From: Dipteris shenzhenensis
Lineage: Eukaryota
Reading direction: 5' to 3' (one strand)
NCBI GenBank assembly: GCA_047967505.1
Contig: CM106538.1
Length of the DNA: 64,000 nt
The notes beneath the pieces are model-generated. The model was not told the DNA's origin. It did not search any database and was given only the letters and a program-made list of their open reading frames with translations. Shown here one piece after another: positions 1 through 15,100 of the stretch. Numbering within the stretch: the first letter of the stretch is position 1; each line of letters starts with the position of its first letter. The position numbers and the translations under genes are program-made.

Positions 1-3000
1 CTATTCTTCCCATAACTAGTGCTTGTAGATTGTTGTTCAAGGCAAACTCCCTTCTTATCACTAACCAAGTTTTCCATATTAGATTATCTTTGTCCCAAAA
101 TTGAGACCCCAAGTCTAAAGGCCTTTCTTAAAGAGAAGTCTGGCTACATTCCAATTTTGCATCTGTTAAGGAGTTGTTCTTATGTATTACAGAGATCTAG
201 ATGGAGTCCATTGTCATAAAAGCCCCCTTCCCTCAAAGCAAAATCTAGCTTGTTATATCCTCTACATCATGCCATAGGGACCTCTAGAATGGTGGGCTTC
301 CTTTGGTAGAACATGGCTCTGATCCACGGATAGGAGAGAGTAGTGAAAATGTTTTCCATTTGGGGACCCTTACTAGTCTAATGTGTTTAGTGTTTCTCAT
401 TTAGTAGCTGTGATGAGTCTTTGTCTAGAATTTAAACTACTTTAATAACTGATGTTGTTGCTTGCTTCTTGGTTGCTTGGTCTATGTTCACCACCCCTAA
501 ACCACCATTAGTTTTTGGGGTTATACATAATGACCACCTGACTTTTGAGATTCTATTGTTACCTCTCCAGAAAAAGGATCTGCATAGTCTAATGAATTTC
601 TCAAGTAGAAAGAAAGGTAGATGCCTATGGGATAAATATAGTGGTTAAGGACTAGCTTCCTTTTTGCTCCCCTCCACCTATCCAACTTTTTCTTGAATCT
701 TTCTAGGAACCATTCCCATCTCTATTTCATGGTAATATGAAACCCCAAGGGTATCCCCAATAATCTAAATACTATACCTTTGGTAGCATGGTTGATAATT
801 GAGCCAGAAGTAGATCAAAATGTGTCTAAATAGTCCATTACACCTTGAATATCCTGAGCTATGTTCTGTGGAGTGAGGTTTGTGTCATCTACAAACTGTG
901 CCCATTTAGGAGTTCTATGCCTTTGGTTGTGCACTCTTCAATTTTCTTATAAAGTAGCCAGCCAAGAGCACCATCAGCAATTGCATATAGTAGGGGGGCT
1001 AAAGGAAGAACTTGCCTAATTGACCTTTCCAATTGAAAACGCTGTGTCATTTCTTCATTGACAAAGACCTTACCTTAAGCACTATTAAGAAAAGTTGCAT
1101 CTGAGACCCAAGAATAAGTCCTAGGCCCACGTCTTGAAGAGACTGTATAAGAAAATTGCACTCAAGCCTATCATCGGCTTTTCAAAATCCACTTTAAGAA
1201 AAAATATGTCATGTTTGGATTCTCTCGCATACTCACATCCTTCCCATATATCTATTATAGCTTCAAGAAGGTGCCTCCCTTTGATAAAGCCTTTCTGCTC
1301 TTTAAGTATCCATCTATCCATTCTCTTCTTAATTTTGAGGGCTAGAGCCTTTGCCAAAATTTTATACATGTAGTTTAGCATGGTTAATTTCTTCCTTGTT
1401 TCCCTCCTTGGGTATCAGCTTGATAATGCCTCATTAATGTGAGCTGGCAGCTATTGATTTGCCACACTCTTATTCCAAAGCATTAGTAGATGAGGCCCTA
1501 TGAGCTCCCAAAAAAACTTGTAGAACTCAATGGGGAGTGCCATCCTCACAAGGGGTCTTACTCTCATCCATTACATCCACATCCCTTTTAAGGTCATCAA
1601 ATGTGAGAGGAGTCTCTAGGCAAAAGTTGTCAAAGTTTTGTGTAGTATTTTGCCTAGCTTCTTGGCATATCTTCCTTTCCGTCTACACAAACTCATCAAG
1701 TACAGTGGGTGTAGAGAGCAACTCTCAATGGTCATATAGAGTATGTTTATTGTCCTCAAATTCTATGGATATTGTTCCATCCTTTTTCTTAAGAATAGGT
1801 ATTTCCTCATTTGTTCCCTTTCTTCTAATAAGTTTAAAGGTGTCTTTTGTAGGTCTGTCCATTTTTGCTGCCCACCATTTTTTGAAGTAAACCTTACTCT
1901 CATTTAGTCTTACTTTCTCTTGAGTTCTTAAAACTCTTTTGGCATTTAGTAGCTATTCTTAGCCCTAATTTTGGCTCTTCTTTTCCTTGCCATTTTTAGT
2001 ACTCTCTGAGAATGTGTCACAACCCTGTCCCAAGCTTCTGAGGCTAAGCTATTTTTTGCTTCTAGATGGATGAAATCTAAATCTGAACAATCTTGAGTTG
2101 AAATAGACTATTCTCTACTTTAAAAACCCTTGTCCCATTACCAAAATCACAAAAAGCTAGCATATACTTGTAATCAGATAAGCAAATAGAAGAAAAACTT
2201 TTGCCTCCAATTTTAACTATTTGGTTAATAAGGTCTTGTGATAGGTGTACTCTATCTAATCTAGCTTCCCTTCTATTTTCCCCTATCTACTTGTGTACCA
2301 AGTGTAATCCCCTCACCTATCAATTGAAGATTGTCTTTTAATTCCAACCAGATCTGCAATTCTAACCCCCTTACAATTGTCCCCTTCTTTTTCCTTTTGT
2401 CTTGTATATTTTCCACCATCTTAAGGTCTCCTAAAACCACACTATTCCCTCCTACAATAATCTAGCTGCTACTATAGCAAGATCCCTTAAAGTGTGTTTA
2501 CCACTTCCTTTATAAAAGGAAAGGATTCCCATAGCTGACCCTCCTCTTCCTTCTGTACCATTCTCATCTCCTATCTATCTATCTGAGTTTGTACTCTAGA
2601 ATGTGACTAGTTACCTTAAATTCTTGCAATGCAATGAGGGTAAACCCCAAGTCTATTTCTTGATAGACAGGCTGAAAATTTGCCCAACACCCTTGTGATA
2701 GTGAATAGGAATGAATGTATCTTTAGAGATCAAGAATTAGTGTACAAGAATCTACCCAATTCTTGCTTTTTGCATCATCTACAAAGCCATAGTGTCAATA
2801 ACTAACCTCAAAGAAATCCAAACCAAAACGCCCAACTCTAAACCCACAAGCCCCAGCTATCCCTACATAGGTCCTAGTTCCTACTAAGGAGAAATGGGTT
2901 CCCAAGAAAAAACAATAGGCTCCACCTCCTATATCTCTTAGTGGATCAAAGGATCCTGTAGGTAACTCACAGGCCATTATCATCAAAGGCAAGGACAAAG

Positions 3001-4200
3001 ACACCTCCATTTCTACAAAAAGTATTTTTGATGCCTTAATAGAATTGGAAACTAAGAACTAGATTAAAGAGAATGAGAACAAATGGAACTAGAAGAGGAA
3101 TGGTCAAGAGAGTTTAAAGATGAGGTTAACAGAGGCGACAATATGGTCACATAGCTATTACAGGACGAAGAATATGAAGATAACATCCCCCACCCACTCT
3201 GGAGAGAAGGACTTTACTCTCTAAGAAAAAGTATTTAACACTGTTCAAAACAAGAGGAGACAGTCACATATTAAGAGAGTAGTTCCTCAGGTGGATAGGC
3301 CCAATCCTGGGGCTAAGAAGGGTCAAAATAAGAATGGTAAGTAAACCTATCCCTTTTATGACAATGTCAGAGGTCTTATTGACCTTAGTAGAGAAGATGA
3401 TTTCTCTCATTGGTTGAGAGATAACTCCCTATCCCTCAGCGCATCATTAAGGAAGAATGTCATGGAGGTACCTGAATCAGATTTTGACAATGTTCTTAGA
3501 TGTTCCTCGCTGTCATTAGTAGTTTGTTGTGTAGCTTCCTTCTCTCTGGGGTCATTTGTGGCTCCGTCGATGGGATTATCAGGGGGGACGATGTGCCATC
3601 CTTTTGGGTCTTGCTAAGATATCTTGTCTTCTCAATCGATGGATAGGATTCATCACTTTCTTTTGAGGTTATAACAAGACTACCTCCCCTGGAGCTTGGA
3701 GTTCCTACATGGTTGGCCTCCCTTCTTCTTCATTCACTTGGAGAGCTTCTTGCTCCTTTGTTTTGTGTCACTCGGTACCCTCCTCTAGTGGTTGCACATG
3801 TCCTTTCTATGGGCAGGAGAGTTTCTTCTCCACCATAGACATCACTAAAAGAAGATATAACCCTCAACATAGGGGGAAGCACAAAGAACCCTCCTAAAGC
3901 CACCGTTGCATGCGCATAAGAGAGTCTCCCTCCTTGTCATGCATGGTCACCCTGGTAGGAGAACAAGTTTCATTCTTCCCTTCCATTTCCACCTTGTGAG
4001 ACACTGCTCTTTGTCGTGCTCTATGCCAACAAGTCCTGCTCCTTAGTCACTTTCAATGGTGAAAAGTTGATCTCATCAGCTATATCTTTTTCCCATGAGA
4101 AATATTTGGAGAAATTTGAGATATAACCATACTCTAGCCTGAGGGGAAGCATAGGTGATCTACGCTGGTGGAAACCCCATCACTATCATAGCCATCACCA
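1..4200 (-). mobile_element. Degraded L1-type LINE (ORF1 remnant, APE endonuclease, RT) with an internal inversion at ~2654-3421; runs off the left edge
   Basis: Minus-strand RT motifs LNYMYKILAKALALKIK, EQKGFIKGR, FLKVDFEK (1121-1381), QFVDD (~885-900), LLGIPLGF (~740-770). EN motif IALQEFK at ~2615-2640. The EN start NVRGL is on + at ~3363. Many stops and frameshifts; right boundary approximate. Confidence 0.88.
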
Positions 4201-5461
4201 TCACCATCCTCCACCTTGCCCTCAGTGTTTCAGGGCTTGCCAATTTGGATCGCTCATTATGTGAGGATATTTTGAGTACAAAAATTTGCAATGTGCTTAT
4301 TTTTTGGTACTAGTGCAACTAATATGTCAAAGACCACATTATTTGGGGTTTTGTTGTTTCTTCTATAGACTTAAGAACTATACTGAGAAGCCATTATCTA
4401 CTAGAGCATGCAAAGGAAAGTATATGATGTTATCTCAAATGGCATTCACTACACTAGACTGGCAATTCAAATTGACCATCATTCCCACATAGAGAGTACA
4501 TAATTTTGACTCGAGCAGTCAACCATCTTGTAGGTGAGTATGTGCAAAAGTTTACTAGTGTTGGAAAAAACAAAATAAAACATGCTGAATGATATGTATC
4601 ATTCAATAGGCCTGCCCTAGAGGAGGAAGAAAGAGAGATAAAGGAAGAGAGGGACTCAGAGGGAGAGGAGTAGGGAGAGAGAGAGAGAGAGAGAGGCTAA
4701 ATTGTGGAGGATTTCTAGATGAAAAAATAGCAAGCAGATTTTAAATTTAATCTAGATTTTTGAAAATCAAAAAAGGCCATTTTCGCTTTGTAGCGCCCTC
4801 GCCTCTACTAAGGCCTACTGATAGCAACAGGCTAAAAAGATGTGGCCAAGGACATCCAAATGCAAAAATATTTTCTCCTTGTAGATTTAAATACAAAGAT
4901 GATGGGTGTAGAAGAACTAAATAACGTACTTCTAGAATTCGAACATTTATTTTAGTAATCTCAAAAAAAGCTGCTCTCAAATTGCAATAGTTGTTATTTT
5001 ATGTTCCTTGGCAACCCATATGATAGAAGTGAATATGCAAGCCTTGAAATTGGATTGATTAGGCAGGTAGCATTGTGGGATGAAATGAAAATTTGGCTTC
5101 TCGTTGAGCCACGTGTCATCATTTTTCATTCAAATCTCAATATTAAGTGAAATTCTTTTCTTGAATGAGTATCTCCTTCAAAATGTCTGATTTGTCTCCA
5201 TGCAAAACCATCTCTTCAAAGTCTCCTCCTCCCCACTCAAGAACACTCGCCTCCCTGTCATGCTCTACTTCCTGCTTCCTCTTCTCTTCCCCCTAGATCA
5301 ACTTCCATTCCTTTGCGTAGACATGTGCCACCATTCCAACTCCATCTGGTTGTCCTCCTGGATTAGCACCCCCTCCCCACCGCCTTCGATGATAACTTCC
5401 TCACCCCCCTCTAGTTGCACTCCCAAGCCCACGCTTTACACTACCTCGAGCCCTGGCTCTC

Positions 5462-5735
5462 GCCGCTGTCAAAGCCAGAGTCATTGGCCTTCTTGCTCGC
5501 ATGTCCCTCCTTCAAGAAATCAACTAGATGATGCAAATATCTGGCTCCACTGCAACCGCAAACTCGTCACTCATCATGGATTATTTCATCCTTATCCATC
5601 ACTGTCGAAGCCAGAGTCACTGGCCTTCTTGCCCGCATGTACCTCCTTCAGGAAATCAGTCGGATGATGCAGATGTTGGGCTCCACTGCAAATGCAAATT
5701 CGTCACTCATCGTGGATTATTTCATTCTTATCCTT
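5462..5735 (+). repeat. Tandem duplication, 2 x ~135 bp
   Basis: ctgtcaaagccagagtcattggccttcttg...ggattatttcat recurs at ~5466 and ~5602. Confidence 0.85.
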
Positions 5736-5869
5736 GCAATGTATAGCCCATGGATGCTTCGGATTGTGTTTCAATGCTTGGGAGAGTTACTAAAGTTGTG
5801 CATGACCTTTGTAATTGACTCCAGGAAGTGTTTTGAGCGATGGAGGAAGCCTTTTGCATCCCCTCGTCA

Positions 5870-7650
5870 ATGGGAAGAATATCTATGGTCGATGGTTTCC
5901 AGCATCATGCCTTGATAACACGGCTTGGCATTTCGATCCTATATGGAATTGATGTTGTCCATGAGCACAACAATGTCTACAAGCAACTATTTTCCCTCAA
6001 CATGTCGATATGTGGTGCCTGAGGTAACTACTGCTAGATTGTTTTCAGGTTGTAGCCACAATTGATCTACCTACACAGGTGTATGAAACCTTTACAAACA
6101 AACAATTGTGTTGAGGATTTGTCAAAATTCAACAACAAAAGCCTGTGTGTAGATGGAACTAGCTCAAAGAGCATCTCCAAGATCACAGCACCAGCCACTT
6201 CAACATCGTCCAAAGTAAGTAACTGCTCATTTCTTCAAAATCTTCCTCATCTTTTGCTCCTTTGCTTCTGGTGCATTCGTCGTTCCATGAATGCCAAGGC
6301 TTGTTGATGGAATGTATATACATGTATATACATTCCAGGCTATGGCTCTCATGCTCTTGTAATGCTATGGAGGAAGCCCCCTACCTTGCCTCCCACAAAG
6401 TATGACCTTCTTGAGTATGGTGACATGAGGTTGACGATGAGGACAATGAGGATGTGGACAACAACAAGGAGGATCTAATCAATGAGAACCAACAACATTA
6501 TTGATCTCACACCTGCCGATCCGCTTCAAACTGATAGGAATTCTCAACCCTTTGCCTGTAGGAGCCCTCTGAAGGCAACTGGGAGTCTTTTCGAAGGCTA
6601 CCTTCATTCCATCTACAAGGAACATTCTAAATAGTAGAAAGACCACCAAGACACCAGATTTTTGCATGATTTCCCTGACCTTCCATCGAGTTTTGGGAAG
6701 ATTTATTCACACAAGACATTGCTTCCAATGCAAAAGGCGATCCTGCAATATTTACTGCTCGTCAAAAATATTCGTTGAGTTTTGAGGAGATTTATTCACA
6801 CAAGACCTTGCTTCCAATGCAAAGGGTGATCCTGCAAGATTTACTACTCATCAAAAATCAATCCTGCTCTTTGTTGTCAAAGAAATAATTAGGAGGGACA
6901 ATAGATGCAGGTCAAATGATGAAGCCGCCAAGAGATTAGAAGGTTATGTGGGGACAACGGCACATAGAATTCTTCCATTTATGAGATCTAAGAAAAACGT
7001 CACAGCGGCTTGAAGCAGTTGGGTGAAAATGGCAAGAATCTCCTCGACTATTTCTACTGCATTGTCACACATCCCAACAAAGACATCCCTGATCCTAAGG
7101 GTAGTATAGATCCATATCCAAAGGAAGCTCCCCGGTGCATGCTGCTAGTATCAAACCCATACTTGTAGCACATGAGAGAATCTTGATGGCAATCACCTTT
7201 GAGAATGCCAAGCTGGTCATTCCCAAAATTCAAGTCAAGGACGACACAGAGAGAACATTAAGAAACCTAGCTGCCTACCAAAAAAACATGGGAAACAAAG
7301 TGGATGTGTTTTTGCATCTTCATTTCATGGATTATTTGATCTGCTAGTGGAAAAGAAGATCATAACAGAGATGATAGGGAGCAACAAGCACGTTGTGGAG
7401 ATGTGGAAAAAGTTGTATAGGAACACAATGTGCATGTTCTCATAGAAGTATATCGAAGTGGCTCAAAAAGCAAAGCGGTACAACGATTGCACATTTCTAG
7501 GGATGCGGGTAGAATTCAAACGTCGATATGTTGCAAAACCTAGTTGGCGCTCTCTCTGATTTTCGCCTTACTCTTGCTAGTCATGATGTTTGTGATAATG
7601 TTGTATACCATTCTAATCTATGTCAAGGAATTGCATCGACGGCACCGATC
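5870..7650 (+). pseudogene. DUF247 (UPF0481)-family plant protein pseudogene
   Basis: 7135-7347 reads LVIPKIQVKDDTERTLRNLAAYQ...HFMDYLI, matching the DUF247 pattern L.IP.l.idd.Te..lrNL.A.E...fmd.LI. Downstream are VVEMWKKL and a C-terminal RRYVAKP..SLIFALLLLVM hydrophobic tail (~7520-7590). Multiple stops and frameshifts; 5' limit uncertain. Confidence 0.72.
6686..6860 (+). repeat. Tandem duplication, 2 x ~87 bp
   Basis: gagttttg(g/a)g(a/g)agatttattcacacaagac...caaaaat occurs twice. Confidence 0.8.
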
Positions 7651-8292
7651 AAATCAACACGTATTGGTCACTTAATATCCGATTCCATCTTCTCGCTGAT
7701 AATAACTTTTAGCAAATTCTTCTCAAATCTAGCAAAATCTAACAGTGCTTTGCTAAATCGGGAACTTCGTGCTGATGTTGTAGACCATTTTGATCTACTA
7801 TATGGAGATCCATGAAGTAGACTAAGATGCTTTACATGTTAATACTGGGATGAAATACTTATGTCCTCACTAATGGAAAAAGTATGGAAAGATATGTAAT
7901 AAAATGGAAAGATGCGCATCCAACGAAGAAGACGAAAGATGGAGATTTCTAGCTTGCATGCATTAAACTAGGGTGTACAATCACTCTTTCATGATTAGAA
8001 GCTGTGAGGTCAAATCATCCCTAGTTGGGCTTGCAAAGGAAGATCTAAAGAAGCTACAAGAGTTCTAACTAATTGATTTTTGATATGCAGACGATTGAAT
8101 AACAATCCTCATCTTGAGACCTTGACATTCTCGATTGCTTAAAGGTAAAGTCTATGCAGATGATTGAATTGCAATCCTCGTCTTAAGACTTGAAATTCTC
8201 GATTGCTCAAAGCTAAAATTCCATTGGTCTTTCTCTTAATTTAGTAGATTAGTAGAGTGCATATACTATAAATGCAAGCTGTGATTTGCTAA

Positions 8293-8297
<5 letters not shown>

Positions 8298-8366
<69 letters not shown>
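8298..8366. repeat. (CT)n microsatellite
   Basis: Direct inspection. Confidence 0.98.
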
Positions 8367-8369
<3 letters not shown>

Positions 8370-9134
8370 ACACTCTCCTCTCTCTCTGCAGATTTCAAAT
8401 TATGTGCCAAGTCTCCCTCCACACAAATGTGTGGTTATGTGCTAAATACAAAGCGCTATTTGCCAAATTCAAATTGAGATGTGCTAAATCCAAAGTACCA
8501 TAAGCCAAATGCAAAGAGCTATATGCTAGATTCAAAATGCTATGTGCAAAATTAACAATGCTTTATGGCAAATGCAATTTGAAATGAATAAGAAGACGAA
8601 TTCAACAGAAGTATCTGACAAGTGCAAAATGCTATGTACCAATGCAAACTTCTATGTGCTAAACTCGAATTGCTATGTACTATATGCAAATTGTGCTAGA
8701 TACAAATTGATATCAACCCAAGGAAGGGCACGTTCCTTGGTCTTATAATTTTTGGAGAGGAAGTGTGCCAACTCTCCCCCCACACAAATGTGTGGTTATG
8801 TGCTAAATGCAAAGTACTATAAGCCAAATGCAAAGTGCTATATGCCAAGTTCAAAATGATATGTGCAAAATTGAAAGTTCTTTGTGCCAAATGCAAATTG
8901 AAATGAATAAGAAGACAAATTTTGCAGAAGTATCCGACAAGTGCAAAGTGCTACATACCAAATCCAAAGTGCTATGTGTGAAACTCAAATTGCTATGTGA
9001 TATATGCCAATTACTATGTGCTAGATACAAATTGATATCAACCCAAGGAAGGGCACGTTTCTTGGTCTTATAATTTTTGGAGAGGAAGTGTGCCAACTCT
9101 CTGCCCACACAAATGTGTGGTTATGTGCTCAATG

Positions 9135-10555
<1,421 letters not shown>

Positions 10556-12137
10556 CCAAGTATGTACGTCTGCTTCACTTTTTGAAAAGATGCAAAAAAC
10601 ACCTCTGAAATGGAAACAATATTAAAATACGGTATTATTGAGAAACAAATCATTAGTATTGTAAGGATAGATTACAAGCAAGTGAGAGTGACCACAAGGG
10701 CAAGTTTGATGTGTTGCATTTACCGTTTCCTTCAGAGAGAGCTTGCAAGTAGTGGTCCTGTTGGAAAAGCACGATACGAGTTTTTAAATGTGTATTACGT
10801 TCCTCGGACCCAATGCAGTTTTGATGAGAATGGAAAAGGATTGGGCATCACAGAAGTCCCTACTGCAGACCATTGGATACGTTTACCTTGAGAAACCTGG
10901 AGAGATGCAAGCTGCTTACTTTTGTTGTTATGAGCTCCAAATCACAGAAGAAGTCGGTTACTCCTACAGTGGTGCCCTCCATCTCATCTGCAATGCTGAT
11001 ACATTTGAAGCCATCCTCTGTCTCCTCACTGCAAAGACATGATCATATTCCTACCCCGGTTTCTTCTCGGCTTGGCACCAACGTTGTCTTCATAAGAAAG
11101 ATTAAAGTGGAGGTTATGCTATTCTTTCGTACGATGCCGACGTGTTGCAGGTTTCTAAAAGCCTCGATCGTTTTGGTGAGCTAGTGGTCTCCATTAGTTC
11201 AAACAGTAAAAACATCCCCATAGGCTACCTATCATAAAGATCATCTCCATCTCCTCGAGCGTTTTATCCTTGCTGTCGAAAAGATTTAATTGGACATCAT
11301 GCAATTGGTTGTATTCGCATGAGACGGGATCATAGTTACATAATGTCAAGTGGTTGCAACCTCAACGTCACAGTTCTCGGGTGGCCTTCAACACCCGGCT
11401 TCTTATCTCCTTCAAAGACCATTTTGCCCTTGCTCTCCTACTGGGGTTCTAAGCTGAGGTACTTTTAGCCGAAAAAGTTATCGAGATCAGAGGCTAGAGA
11501 CTAAGTATGGCTACACTCAAAGGCCATAGAGAAAAGGAGATCACGAGGGCGAAGGGATGTCATAGGGGTGAACAAGGAATTAGAAGTGGAGGGAAGGAAA
11601 AGGGAGACTATGACACAAGGGGAAAGGGAGAGGGGGAAGAGAAGCATGTACATGATAGGAAGAGGAATGTTGAGATGTAGACATCAAGGGAAGTGAACCA
11701 TACTTTATTGGAAAGAAGGGATGAGAGGGAAATATCAAAATACTAGCTAGGTGGCTTTACAAGAATGAGCGTGTCTCATCAAGGAATAGCCCCTTTCTTT
11801 TATAGCCAAAAGAAAGGGTCTCTCCACATTAATGTATCCTCCCACATGCATGGTGTGTGTGGAAAAGTCTCCCATGTGGGCTAGGTGGTTACGCACTCTC
11901 AATTGTGTGCGACAACACTTTGCCTCAATTTTCCACATAAATCAAGCCCCATATCTCAAGTCTATGATACTCCCTTGGTCTCTTTCCAATTTTATAATAT
12001 GTTCAAACCTCTAGGAGGACAAGTGGAGGATTGGCACAAGGAATCTTGCCACCTCATGCTACTTTCCCTATTATTTAACTAGCTCTCTTTGTCCTTCTAT
12101 ACCTCCCCCACATGGGCCTATCTCATATGGAGGGTAT

Positions 12138-15100
12138 TAAGAGTGCTCTCAACGGAAGCAAGAACGGAAGAAGGAGAGAGAGAGACAGAGAGCCACACAA
12201 GTTTGGTGGGTGCAGAACCACCCTAATCTTCTTTTTCATTCATTTATATATGTGTTTGAGTATTGTACATAACCAAGGTTAAGGCACAGTGACCTTTAAC
12301 CCCCACAACCTCCCACTTAAAGGACAATGTGCCTTTAAGGGAGAATAACTAGTGAGCATACTATCCAATGCCCATCAATACACGACAATACTCAAACCGC
12401 TGACTAGGTAGACTCTTCGTCAGCATATCTGCAGGGTTATCATCTGTATGAACCTTGACAAGCTCTATGTGCTTGTCCTCAAGTACCTCCCTGATGAAAT
12501 GGTACCTGACCTCAATGTGTTTGGTCTTTGCATGAAAGACCGGATTCCGTGCTAGTTGAATAGCACTCATGGAATCACTATGCAATGTCGGTACACCTGT
12601 ATGAATCCCCAAATCTCCCACTAGCCGATCAAGCCATATAGCCTCCTTGCAACCCTCTGTGGTTGCAACATACTCAGCCTCTGTGGTAGACAAAGCAATG
12701 CACTTCTGTGCACGAGACATCCACAACACTGCACCACCTGCAAAGGTGAACACATAACCAGAAGTGGATCTCCTACTATCCACATGCCCTGCATAGTCTG
12801 AATCTGTGTACCCAAGTACACGCATGTCTCCTTTACCAAAACAAATGCACATCTCCTTGGTACCCTTCATGTACCTCATGATGCACTTAACTGCCTCCCA
12901 ATGCCTCTTTCCTGGATTAGCCATATACCGGCTAACAACTCCCACTGCAAATGCAATGTCTGGTCTAGTAGCTATCATAGCATACATAAGACTCCCAACT
13001 GCTGATGCATAAGGAACCTTGGCCATCATGGCCCTCTCCTCATCTGATTTGGGACTATCTGTATGACTCAATTTCACATATGGAGGCAATGGAGTACTCA
13101 CTGCCTTCCCCCCCTCCATATTGAAACGTTGCAATACTTTTGTAACATACTCTTTTTGTGAAAGCCAAAGGAGTTTCCTACTCTGATCACGCGTGATGCG
13201 CATACCAAGAATATGACCTGCAAGTCCCAAATCCTTCATATCAAAGGCCTCATGCAACTTGGCCTTTGATGCATCTAGCTCATAAGTATTCTTGCTAGCC
13301 AATAGCATATCATCCACATATAGTGCCAAGATTATCAGGCTATTATCCTTAGCCCTTTTAGTGTAGAGGCAGTGATCAATTTCACTCCTTCTAAAACCCT
13401 GGGACCGAATGAAAGCATCAAACTTCTGATACCATTCTCTAGGTGCTTGCTTAAGACCATAGAGACTCTTCTTCAGCTTGCAAATAACTAAATGCTCTTT
13501 GCCCTTTTCTTCAAAGCCTTCCGGCTGAACCATGTAAATTTCCTCATGCAAATCCCCATGCAAGAAAGCTGTCTTGACATCCATCTGCATAAGCTCCATA
13601 TCCTCTATTGCCACTAGTCCAAGCATGCATCTAAGTGTGGTCATCTTCACAACCGGAGAGAATATCTCATCAAAGTCCACACCCTTCTCTTGCTTAAACC
13701 CTTTAGCAACCAAACGGGCCTTGTACCTAGGCACATCATCACCTGTGACCTTCATTTTGTAGACCCATTTACATGGCAATGCTTTCTTTCCATGTGGCAA
13801 AGAAACCAAGTCTCAAGTCTTATTCTTTATAAGTGAACTCATCTCTGATTGCATAGCATACTCCCACTTGCGTTTATCCTCACGCATCATAGCCTCTCTG
13901 AAGCAAGAAGGCTCCCCGCAATCAGTAAGCATCACATAGTCTACCCCTGGAACAAACCTATCAGGCGGTCTAGACACTCTGGATGATCTTCTCAAGGGCA
14001 TTTCAGCTTGCTGTCCCACTTGCATATCAGCCACATTTGGCTCATCATTTCCACCAATAGATGATCCATCATCTACCCTTAAATGTATACCTGTGGGAGT
14101 ACTTGGTGGGACCATTTCTTGCACATTTGGTGCATGGACAGCTTGCTGTCTATCAACATATGCAGGTGGATTCACATCCTGGAAAGTGATTCTCCTCATT
14201 TCCACATCCCTCATGGGTGCCTTATGCATCTTCTTCTCATTGAAGACCACATCATGGCTGCATATGATCTTCTTTGCTTCTGGATCCCAGAGACGATAGC
14301 CCATCTCTCCACTTTCACCATAACCCAGAAAGATGCATTTCCTAGACCTAGGATCTAGCTTCTTTCGAAGCTCTTTTGGCACATGTGCATATGCCTCACA
14401 CCCAAATATATGCAAATGAGAGTAAGAGGGCTTCTTGCCGCTCCATGCCTCATCAGGAATACCACCATCCAAACTCTTACTAGGTGATCTATTGATCACA
14501 TGCACTGCAGTCTTCATTGCCTCAGCCTAAAAACCACCAGAAAGACTTGCATTGGAAAGCATGCATTGTAACCTTTCTTGAATGGTACAATTCATCTTTT
14601 CTGCAACTGGATTTTGCTCTGGAGTACGAGGGGATGTGAGCTCCCTCTTAATCCCACGTGTATCATAGAAATGATGAAAGTCATGAGAGAGATACTCTCC
14701 ACCATTGTCAGTCCGTAGGCATTTAAGCGTTCTACCTGACTGATTCTCAACCAAGGCCAGCCATTTCTGAAATACCTGGAACACATCACTCTTCCGAGCT
14801 ATAGCATAAGCCCACACTTTCCTAGTTGCATCATCAATGAATGTCACATAGTATTCAGCCTCGCCTAATGACCGTGTAGGCATGGGACGACATACGTCTG
14901 AATGCACCAAATCAAGCATTTCAAACTCTTTCTTTCCCCTTATTTTATGGGCTGATTTAGTCTGCTTCCCATAGAGATAATGCTCACAAAATTCAAAATC
15001 AAAGAAACTCAAATGCGGTACATAACCCAAACGGCATAAGAGTTTCATTCCATTCTGGCTCATGTGCCCCAACCTGCAATGCCACAAAGAAGTGCTTGGC

